From an uncultured Christensenella sp. (GTDB taxonomy: Bacteria; Bacillota; Clostridia; Christensenellales; Christensenellaceae): a DNA stretch of 24,000 nucleotides. Below, one piece after another: positions 17,300-24,000 of this stretch. The position numbers and the translations under genes were made by a program. Below the pieces are notes generated by a model. It was not told the DNA's origin and did no database searches. It saw only the letters and a program-made list of their open reading frames with translations. Where the stretch lies: the NCBI GenBank assembly GCA_964438705.1, contig CAYTKQ010000001.1, forward strand, positions 138,790 through 162,789, written 5' to 3'. Positions within the stretch are counted from its first letter, which is position 1; every line of letters starts with the position of its first letter.

Positions 17300-18949
17300 T
17301 TGGTCGCACTGCTGGATGCACAGCAATTCAAAAATATGATATTGGGCGCAGCCGCGTCCCTTGAGAAAAACAAGGAAGCGCTGGATGCGCTCAATGTTTT
17401 TCCTGTGCCAGACGGAGATACGGGAACGAACATGTCGCTTACCATGATTTCGGCAGCGAAGGAAGCTGCGGCAGCCGATGAAACAGATATGTCGGCCGTG
17501 GTCAAGGCGCTGAGCCTTGGCGCGTTAAAGGGTGCGCGTGGTAATTCGGGCGTTATTCTTTCGCAAATATTTGCGGGATTCGCGGATGCGCTGTCCAAAT
17601 CCAAAGAGGGCACAATCACAGTCCCCGCTTTGGCCGAGGCGTTCCGAAACGGCGTTACATATGCTTACAAAGCCGTCATGAAACCAAAGGAGGGGACGAT
17701 CCTTACGGTGGCCTCCAAAATGGCGGCGGCTGCAGAGTTGATGGCGACGAAGACGGACGATCTGTATGCGCAGCTTGAATATGTGATACAGGAAGGCGAA
17801 AAAGCGCTGCGTGAAACGCCGGAGCAGCTTCCGGTGCTCAAGGAAGCGGGCGTAGTGGATGCAGGCGGCGCGGGTTTTCTCGTGATCGTAATGGGGCTGA
17901 AAAGCGTTCTGGACGGTGCGGAGATCGACAGTGAGAATATTCTCGGTTCTGACGGCGTTGTGGTGAATTTTGCCAATCTCGATGCGGGCAATGAAGACAT
18001 CGAGTTTGGATATTGCACGGAATTTTTCATCAAGAATCTTTATCCCGAGGTGAAGGAGCGCGATATCGACACCTATCGCGGAAATCTCTCCAAAATAGGC
18101 GATTGCGTTCTGGTGGTCGGTGATTTAAACCTTGTGAAAACACATGTACACACGAACGAACCTGGGCTTGCGCTGCAATATGCGCAAATCCTTGGTGAAC
18201 TGAGCCACATCAAGATCGATAATATGCGTGAGCAGCACCGCGAGCTTTCGGAGATTGCACCGGAAATCGAGATTGCTGCACCCAAAGAAGAACGGCCTGT
18301 CGCCGTTGTGGCGGTTTCGGCGGGCGACGGGATCAAAACCATTTTTCGAGACTGGCAGATCGAAGCGTTTGTGGAGGGGGGGCAGTCTATGAATCCTTCC
18401 ACAGAAGACATTTTAAAGGCCGTTGAAAACGCGCCCTCGCAAAATGTAATCGTACTTCCCAACAATAAGAATATTGTTCTTGCGGCGGAGCAGGCGGCAG
18501 AGCTGAGCGAGAAAAATGTGATCGTTGTGAAGACAAAGTCTATCCCGCAGGGCATCGCGGCGGCGGTTGCTTATGACCCAGAGGCGGACATCGACGTGAA
18601 TGTCACAAAGATGGGTCGCGTGATTGCAGAGGTGAAGACGGGCCTTTTGACCCGCGCTGTGCGCGATACCAAAATGAATGGAAACAGCATCAAAAAAGAT
18701 GACTTGATCGGTATATCGGAAAGCGATATCGTGGCAAACGGTGAAAATTTAGATCAAGTGTTCACCGAACTGCTGCAAAAGATGACAAACGAAGAATCCG
18801 AGCTTATTACGATCTATTATGGAGAGGATGCGGATGAAGCACAGGCGGCGGCCCTTGGGAAGTTGTGCGAAGGCGTTTGCGAGGCGTGCGATGTTGAGAT
18901 ACACTATGGCGGACAGCCGGTATATCCATACATTATTTCTGTTGAGTGA
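17300..18949 (+). CDS. fakA: DAK2-domain fatty acid kinase subunit FakA / YloV-like protein
   Basis: ALNVFPVPDGDTGTNMSLTM, GALKGARGNSGVILSQIF, VDAGGAGFLV, EFFIKN...KVHTHTNEPG-type region (LVKTHVHTNEPGLAL). TTG 17300 chosen over the tracked start at 17255, which overlaps the Asp23 gene; AGGGGGA precedes it. Confidence 0.87.
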   Translation: MVALLDAQQFKNMILGAAASLEKNKEALDALNVFPVPDGDTGTNMSLTMISAAKEAAAADETDMSAVVKALSLGALKGARGNSGVILSQIFAGFADALSKSKEGTITVPALAEAFRNGVTYAYKAVMKPKEGTILTVASKMAAAAELMATKTDDLYAQLEYVIQEGEKALRETPEQLPVLKEAGVVDAGGAGFLVIVMGLKSVLDGAEIDSENILGSDGVVVNFANLDAGNEDIEFGYCTEFFIKNLYPEVKERDIDTYRGNLSKIGDCVLVVGDLNLVKTHVHTNEPGLALQYAQILGELSHIKIDNMREQHRELSEIAPEIEIAAPKEERPVAVVAVSAGDGIKTIFRDWQIEAFVEGGQSMNPSTEDILKAVENAPSQNVIVLPNNKNIVLAAEQAAELSEKNVIVVKTKSIPQGIAAAVAYDPEADIDVNVTKMGRVIAEVKTGLLTRAVRDTKMNGNSIKKDDLIGISESDIVANGENLDQVFTELLQKMTNEESELITIYYGEDADEAQAAALGKLCEGVCEACDVEIHYGGQPVYPYIISVE

Positions 18950-18965
18950 GGCAGGGTAGAACAAC

Positions 18966-18992
18966 GAGCCGGCATTTGTGTCGGCTCTTTTT
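18966..18992 (+). terminator. Intrinsic terminator downstream of fakA, directly upstream of recG
   Basis: GAGCCGGC-atttgt-GTCGGCTC (8-bp stem, one wobble) followed by TTTTT. Confidence 0.8.
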
Positions 18993-19004
18993 ATAGGGGA
19001 ATTT

Positions 19005-21011
19005 ATGGTATTATCCGATTCCGTAGCATGCCTTTCGGGCATTGGGGAAAAAACGCAGAAAACATTGCAGAAGGTTGGCGTTGCGACAATCGCCGATCTA
19101 CTGTATTATTTACCGCGCGCCTATAAGGATTTTTCCTTGTGCAAAAAACTCAATGAGGTGAAATTCGGTGAAACGGCTTTTATGTGCGTCAAGGTTTTTA
19201 CGCTGCCGCAGATAAAGCGCCCGAGACGCGGGCTTGAGATCACTTCCTTTCAGGTTACGGATGCCACGGGCATTGCGACGGTGGATATTTTCAATCAGTT
19301 TTATATCAAACATAATATCGTGCAGGGAAAAACGCTTTACATCTATGGGAAGCTGGAATCAAAATATGGGAAGATCAAGATATCGTCCCCGGAGCTTTAT
19401 TTCAAGAAGCCGGAAAGTGATTTTTTGCCCCTCTATCCGCTCACGGCGGGCTTAACGCAGAACATGCTGCGCAAATTTGCACGGGAAGCCCTGAGCAATG
19501 TGGAAATTTTGGAGCCATATTCCGAAGGGTTTTTGCGTGGAAATGGTTTGATGCCGCTGAAGCAGGCTTTGAAGGAAATTCATTTTCCTTCCGAAATGAA
19601 GAATGCGGAAAAGGCGCGGATACGCATCGTGTTTGATGAGCTATTGGTTTTCAACCGTATGCTTGAGCTTCTCGGAAGTGAGAAGCGGATGAAAAACCAT
19701 GCGCGCATCCGCAACGTGGAGGCAAAAAAATTTGAGCGACGGCTCGACTTTGCGCTGACAGGCGCGCAAAAGCGTGTGATGCGTGAGCTGCTCAATGACT
19801 TCGGCGGGGAATGCGCGATGAATCGGCTTGTGCAGGGCGATGTGGGCAGCGGAAAGACGGTGATCGCTTTTTTTGCAATGTTTTGTATGCGCGAAAGCGG
19901 ATATCAAAGTATGCTGATGGCACCCACGGAAATCTTGGCACAGCAGCATTATGAGACGGCAAGACAGCTCTTTGCTGAAGAGGAAATCGTATGTGTGACG
20001 GGTGCGCAAACCGCAAAGAAAAAAGCGGAGCTTCGTGAACGGATCGAAAGCGGCAGCGCGAAGATCATCATTGGAACACACGCATTGCTGTATGGAGACC
20101 TTGCTCTGGGCAGGCTGGGCCTCATCATTACGGATGAACAACACCGCTTTGGCGTCAAGCAACGCGCCGCACTTTCGGGGCAGCAAAATGTGCACACGCT
20201 CATCATGTCCGCAACACCGATCCCGCGTTCGCTTTCGCTTGTGCTGTTTGGGCATACGGATATCTCGGTCGTGGACGAGCTTCCGCCCGGAAGAAAGGAA
20301 ATCAAAACCTATCTGATCCATGGCAAAAAGTACGCCGATATGATCGGTTTTATTAGAAATGAATTGCGCGCAGGGCGGCAGACCTATATCGTCTGCCCCC
20401 TCATTGATGACAGCGAGGAGCTGGACGCGAAATCCGCGAAGCAGATGTTCGGGGAGCTTGAACAATGTTATCCCGGCGTTTGCATGGCATTGATCCATGG
20501 CAAGTTGAAAAATAAGGAAAAACAGGAGGTCATGGAGAGCTTTGCAGCGGGGAAGATCAACATTCTCGTCTCGACGACCGTGATCGAGGTGGGGATCAAC
20601 GTGCCAAATGCAACCGTGATGGCGGTGATGAACGCGGAGCGGTTTGGCCTCGCGCAGCTTCATCAGCTTAGAGGACGCGTTGGAAGGGGCAGTCACCAGT
20701 CCTATTGCTTTCTCGTATCTGAAAACCAGAATGCGTATGAGCGGCTGCGCGTGCTTGTGAACAGCGGCGACGGGTTTGAGATTGCCGAACAGGATATGAA
20801 GCTACGCGGAACGGGCGATCTTTTGGGAACGCGGCAGCATGGCGTGGGAACGCTTAGGATCGCAAACCTGATCGGTGACATGGACCTTCTGATAAAAACA
20901 CGTGGCGTGCTGGAAGCGATCAAAAAGCAAGGCGGGATGGAGTACGAAGCCATCACAAAAATAGCGCAGGAAAAGTTGAAGGAAAAGTTGATTGAGATCG
21001 CGCTCAATTAA
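19005..21011 (+). CDS. recG: ATP-dependent DNA helicase RecG
   Basis: RLVQGDVGSGKTVIAFFAM, MAPTEILAQQHY, LIITDEQHRFGVKQRA, LIMSATPIPRSL, VGRGSHQSYCFLV. Start set at ATG 19005; the tracked start at 18978 lies inside the terminator hairpin. Confidence 0.95.
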   Translation: MVLSDSVACLSGIGEKTQKTLQKVGVATIADLLYYLPRAYKDFSLCKKLNEVKFGETAFMCVKVFTLPQIKRPRRGLEITSFQVTDATGIATVDIFNQFYIKHNIVQGKTLYIYGKLESKYGKIKISSPELYFKKPESDFLPLYPLTAGLTQNMLRKFAREALSNVEILEPYSEGFLRGNGLMPLKQALKEIHFPSEMKNAEKARIRIVFDELLVFNRMLELLGSEKRMKNHARIRNVEAKKFERRLDFALTGAQKRVMRELLNDFGGECAMNRLVQGDVGSGKTVIAFFAMFCMRESGYQSMLMAPTEILAQQHYETARQLFAEEEIVCVTGAQTAKKKAELRERIESGSAKIIIGTHALLYGDLALGRLGLIITDEQHRFGVKQRAALSGQQNVHTLIMSATPIPRSLSLVLFGHTDISVVDELPPGRKEIKTYLIHGKKYADMIGFIRNELRAGRQTYIVCPLIDDSEELDAKSAKQMFGELEQCYPGVCMALIHGKLKNKEKQEVMESFAAGKINILVSTTVIEVGINVPNATVMAVMNAERFGLAQLHQLRGRVGRGSHQSYCFLVSENQNAYERLRVLVNSGDGFEIAEQDMKLRGTGDLLGTRQHGVGTLRIANLIGDMDLLIKTRGVLEAIKKQGGMEYEAITKIAQEKLKEKLIEIALN

Positions 21012-21018
21012 AAACAGC

Positions 21019-21047
21019 TTGACAACGCAAAAGGAAACAATTATCAT
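21019..21047 (+). promoter_or_regulatory. Predicted sigma-A-type promoter for the his operon
   Basis: Perfect TTGACA, 17 nt, TATCAT, between recG and hisZ. Confidence 0.7.
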
Positions 21048-21075
21048 AGTAATGTAGTAGCGGTTTACTATACTA
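21047..21075 (+). promoter_or_regulatory. Candidate operator at the hisZ transcription start
   Basis: TAGTAatgTAGTAgcggttTACTATACTA: two TAGTA half-elements followed by two reverse-complement TACTA elements, at the -10/+1 region. Confidence 0.45.
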
Positions 21076-21088
21076 AATTATCGAAGAG

Positions 21089-22264
21089 ATGTTGAATATG
21101 GAGAAGTTGAAATTACAGGTACCGGCAGGGGCATGGGATTATCTTCCGGAAGAGTGCTCGGCAAAACGAAGAATTGAAGGGGAAATAAGGACGCGTTTTT
21201 TGATGAGCGGATATCACGAGATCGAGACCCCGTCCTTTGAATATTATGATGTATTCATGCATGATTCAGTACCGTATGTGCAGGAAAATATGATGAAATT
21301 TTTCGATCAGAAGGGCCGGATTCTTGCCTTGCGTCCAGACTTGACCGGACCGATCGCGCGCGCGGCTGCCACCAAATTGCTTTTAAAACAGGATGTGCTG
21401 CGCCTTTGCTATGTTGGAAATGCATTCGGTTTTTTGGACCGCGGGATCACGGGCAAAACGGAATTTACACAGGCGGGCGTTGAGTTGATTGGGAAAAAAG
21501 GAACAGACGCCGACGCGGAGGTGATCGCGCTGGCGATCGGCACGCTGCTCGGTATTGGGATCGAGGATTTTAAAATCGAACTAGGGCAGGTGGCTTATTT
21601 CAAAGGGCTGCTTGATGGTTCGGGGCTTGGTGAGGAGCAAACGGAACGCATTCGCTCGCTAGTGGATACCAAAAACAATGTAGAACTGGAATATGAGCTT
21701 TCCCGTTTGAATATCGATGCGGATACGAAGCATGCTCTTTTGGAGCTTGGCGGGTTGTTTGGCGGGCAGGAGGCGCTTTTGCGTGCGGAAGGGCTCGCGA
21801 AAAACGATCTTTGCCGGGACGCAGTGCAAAACATCCGCGCGGTATTCGACATTTTATGTGACTTTGGTTATGAGAAATATTTGTCGATTGATTTTGGCAT
21901 CCTCAACAACTTCAACTATTATTCGGGGATCATATTTCGGGGCATTTCAGACGGAATCGGCGCACCGATCCTTTCGGGCGGCCGTTACGATGAGCTGCTG
22001 CGGGAATTCGGCACTGACGCGCCCGCCACAGGTTTTGCTATGGGCATCAAGGAATTGCTTGTGGTGCTCGACCGCATGGGTAAGTTGGGCGGTGCAGTGC
22101 AAAAGACGGTGGTTGTGTGCGCGGAAGCAAAAGAACGTAAGGCGGCATTCGAATATGTGCAGGCTCTGCGCAAAGAGGGCCGGCGTGCCATTTTGGAGCT
22201 GAATGGAAACAGGGCCTATGACCCGGCGTTCTTCACATTGAGCGAATTTCAACAGAAAGGCTGA
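21089..22264 (+). CDS. hisZ: ATP phosphoribosyltransferase regulatory subunit HisZ
   Basis: HisRS-like paralogue: VPAGAWDYLPEECSAKRRIE, LRPDLTGPIARAAATK, SGGRYDELLREFGTDAPATGFAMG; adjacent to a short-form hisG. ATG 21098 is an alternative start. Confidence 0.93.
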   Translation: MLNMEKLKLQVPAGAWDYLPEECSAKRRIEGEIRTRFLMSGYHEIETPSFEYYDVFMHDSVPYVQENMMKFFDQKGRILALRPDLTGPIARAAATKLLLKQDVLRLCYVGNAFGFLDRGITGKTEFTQAGVELIGKKGTDADAEVIALAIGTLLGIGIEDFKIELGQVAYFKGLLDGSGLGEEQTERIRSLVDTKNNVELEYELSRLNIDADTKHALLELGGLFGGQEALLRAEGLAKNDLCRDAVQNIRAVFDILCDFGYEKYLSIDFGILNNFNYYSGIIFRGISDGIGAPILSGGRYDELLREFGTDAPATGFAMGIKELLVVLDRMGKLGGAVQKTVVVCAEAKERKAAFEYVQALRKEGRRAILELNGNRAYDPAFFTLSEFQQKG

Positions 22265-22270
22265 GCGAAC

Positions 22271-22903
22271 ATGGAACTGACAATCGCGCTTGCCAAGGGC
22301 AGGCTTGCAAAATTTGCGATCGCATTGTTTGATAAATGCGGCATCGACACATCGGAATTAAAGGAAGACACGCGCAAGCTGGTGGTGTACGACCGGAAAA
22401 ACGAGCTGCGGTTCGTTCTGGTAAAGCCGTCGGATGTTCCTGTCTACGTTTATCGCGGCGTGGCAGACATTGGCATCGCGGGGAAAGATACGCTGCTCGA
22501 GGAGGGGCTTCCCCTCTATGAGATGCTCGATTTGAAGAGTGGAAAATGCAAGATGTGTGTCGCCGGGTATCCGCGGCAAAAAGAACGCATCACCTCAAAC
22601 ATCACGCGCGTCGCGACCAAATATCCGCGCGTTGCCAAGATGTATTACGATGAAAAGGGTGAAGGCATCGAAATCATCAAGCTGAATGGCAGCATCGAGC
22701 TTGCACCCATCCTCGACCTATCTGACGTGATCGTCGACATTGTGGAAAGCGGAACGACCATCCGCGAAAACGGCCTAAGCATTCTGGAAGAAATTTGTGA
22801 TATCAGTGCGCGCCTTGTCGTCAATCAGGTCAGCTTAAAGACCAAATCGGAGAAAATCCAGCCTCTGATCGAAAAAATGAAATTTGCTCTGGAGGAACTT
22901 TGA
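22271..22903 (+). CDS. hisG: ATP phosphoribosyltransferase catalytic subunit, short form
   Basis: 210 aa; TIALAKGRLAKFAIALFDKCGI, GVADIGIAGKDTLLEE, ELAPILDLSDVIVDIVESGTTIRENGL. Confidence 0.96.
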   Translation: MELTIALAKGRLAKFAIALFDKCGIDTSELKEDTRKLVVYDRKNELRFVLVKPSDVPVYVYRGVADIGIAGKDTLLEEGLPLYEMLDLKSGKCKMCVAGYPRQKERITSNITRVATKYPRVAKMYYDEKGEGIEIIKLNGSIELAPILDLSDVIVDIVESGTTIRENGLSILEEICDISARLVVNQVSLKTKSEKIQPLIEKMKFALEEL

Positions 22904-22904
22904 T

Positions 22905-24000
22905 ATGCTGCCCATCATTTCGTCACGCGAAACAGAAACCATCAAAAAAAGGCTGCTTGAACGCGCACAGACAGATTATACAGAGCAGCAAACGGCTGTG
23001 GATGCCATTCTGCGCGACATACGTGAAAAAGGAGACGATGCGTTGTTCTCCTGCATTGAGCGTTTCGACGGCTATTCCGCAAATCCCGAAAATCTGCTCG
23101 TGAGTGAGGAAGAGATCGACCGGGCGTTTTCACAGACCGATGCGCAGCTTCTTGCGATCATGCGCGAAGCGGCGCAAAACATCGAAGCGTTTCACAATAT
23201 GCAAAAACGTGAAAACTGGTTTATGGAAAGCGACGGGAAATACTTGGGACAGCTTTATTTGCCTGTAGAAAATGCGGGCGTATATGTTCCGGGCGGAAAA
23301 GCGGCCTATCCCTCGAGCGTTTTGATGAACATCATTCCCGCAAAATGTGCGGGCGTTCCCAATATTTTCGTCGCGACCCCTGCGCAGGGCGGAGCCGTCA
23401 ACCCCGCGACGATCGCGGCGGCAAAAATTGCGGGCGCGCATAAGATTTACAAGATGGGCGGCGCACATGCAATCGCGGCGTTTGCCTTTGGAACGCAGAG
23501 CGTACCCCAAATGGATAAGATCACCGGACCGGGCAATATTTACGTTGCGCTTGCCAAAAAGAGCGTCTACGGGCAGGTGGGGCTGGATATGATCGCCGGG
23601 CCGTCGGAGGTTCTGGTCATCGCGGATGAAAGCGCGAATGAAACATTCATTGCGGCGGATTTTCTTTCGCAGGCCGAGCACGACGAGCTTGCGGCGTGTA
23701 TCCTTGTGACAACGAGCAGCGAAAAGGCGAAGGCTGTGCGCGACGAGATATTAAGGCAGGCGGAAGTGCTTCCGAAGCGTGAGATTGTGATGAAGTCCCT
23801 TGAAAACTATGGCACGATCATCGTTGCACAGGATATGGATGACGCGGTACGCGTCTCCAATTTGATTGCCCCGGAGCATCTGGAAATTTGTACGGAAAAC
23901 GTACGGGAGCTTCTTGCGGGCATCCGCAACGCAGGGTCGATCTTTCTGGGAGAATATTCGCCCGAACCGCTTGGGGATTATTTCGCGGGTACGAATCATG
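22905..24000 (+). CDS. hisD: Histidinol dehydrogenase, 3' truncated by the window edge
   Basis: My own translation from ATG 22905 (absent from the supplied ORF track): VENAGVYVPGGKAAYPSSVLMNIIPAKCAGV, TGPGNIYVALAKKSVYGQVGLDMIAGPSEVLVIAD, LSQAEHDELA, APEHLEI. Open to base 24000. Confidence 0.95.
   Translation, partial: MLPIISSRETETIKKRLLERAQTDYTEQQTAVDAILRDIREKGDDALFSCIERFDGYSANPENLLVSEEEIDRAFSQTDAQLLAIMREAAQNIEAFHNMQKRENWFMESDGKYLGQLYLPVENAGVYVPGGKAAYPSSVLMNIIPAKCAGVPNIFVATPAQGGAVNPATIAAAKIAGAHKIYKMGGAHAIAAFAFGTQSVPQMDKITGPGNIYVALAKKSVYGQVGLDMIAGPSEVLVIADESANETFIAADFLSQAEHDELAACILVTTSSEKAKAVRDEILRQAEVLPKREIVMKSLENYGTIIVAQDMDDAVRVSNLIAPEHLEICTENVRELLAGIRNAGSIFLGEYSPEPLGDYFAGTNH

Noticed and set aside
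19641-20696. 351-aa minus-strand ORF antisense to recG
   Set aside because: Longest antisense ORF in the window, but fully inside recG and Cys/His/Leu-rich without domain motifs.
21060-21098. T-box leader for the his operon
   Set aside because: The stretch between promoter and hisZ start (about 40 nt) is far too short and has no T-box sequence or terminator/antiterminator pair.
1-24000. CRISPR array, transposon, prophage, toxin-antitoxin or defence system
   Set aside because: Looked for spaced direct repeats, transposase/integrase motifs and unexplained ORF clusters; I found none by eye, and nearly all coding space is housekeeping or PTS genes.

Overview
This 24 kb window looks like ordinary chromosome from a low/mid-GC Gram-positive (Clostridia-like; taxonomy is inference). 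Four blocks are visible. (1) A tightly packed, largely start/stop-overlapping plus-strand housekeeping run: priA(3' end)-def-fmt-rsmB-rlmN-prpC-prkC-rsgA-rpe-thiN. It converges on a minus-strand rpmB. (2) A phosphotransferase (PTS) island, 10.3-16.8 kb: a LicR/MtlR-type regulator with PRD, IIB-like and IIA-like domains, then galactitol-family IIB, IIC and IIA, then HPr and Enzyme I, with no sugar-catabolic gene in the cluster. (3) An Asp23-family gene, fakA/yloV-like DAK2 gene and recG. (4) The start of a histidine operon, hisZ-hisG-hisD (hisD runs off the right edge). I found no CRISPR array, mobile element, tRNA, rRNA or defence system. The best leads are non-coding: a 22-nt near-perfect palindrome in the leader of the PTS regulator; a GNRA-capped GC-rich hairpin overlapping an Arg-rich mini-ORF just before HPr; a dyad at the predicted hisZ transcription start; and a terminator ending about 12 nt before the recG start codon. 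I do not see convincing evidence for a previously undescribed multi-gene system.
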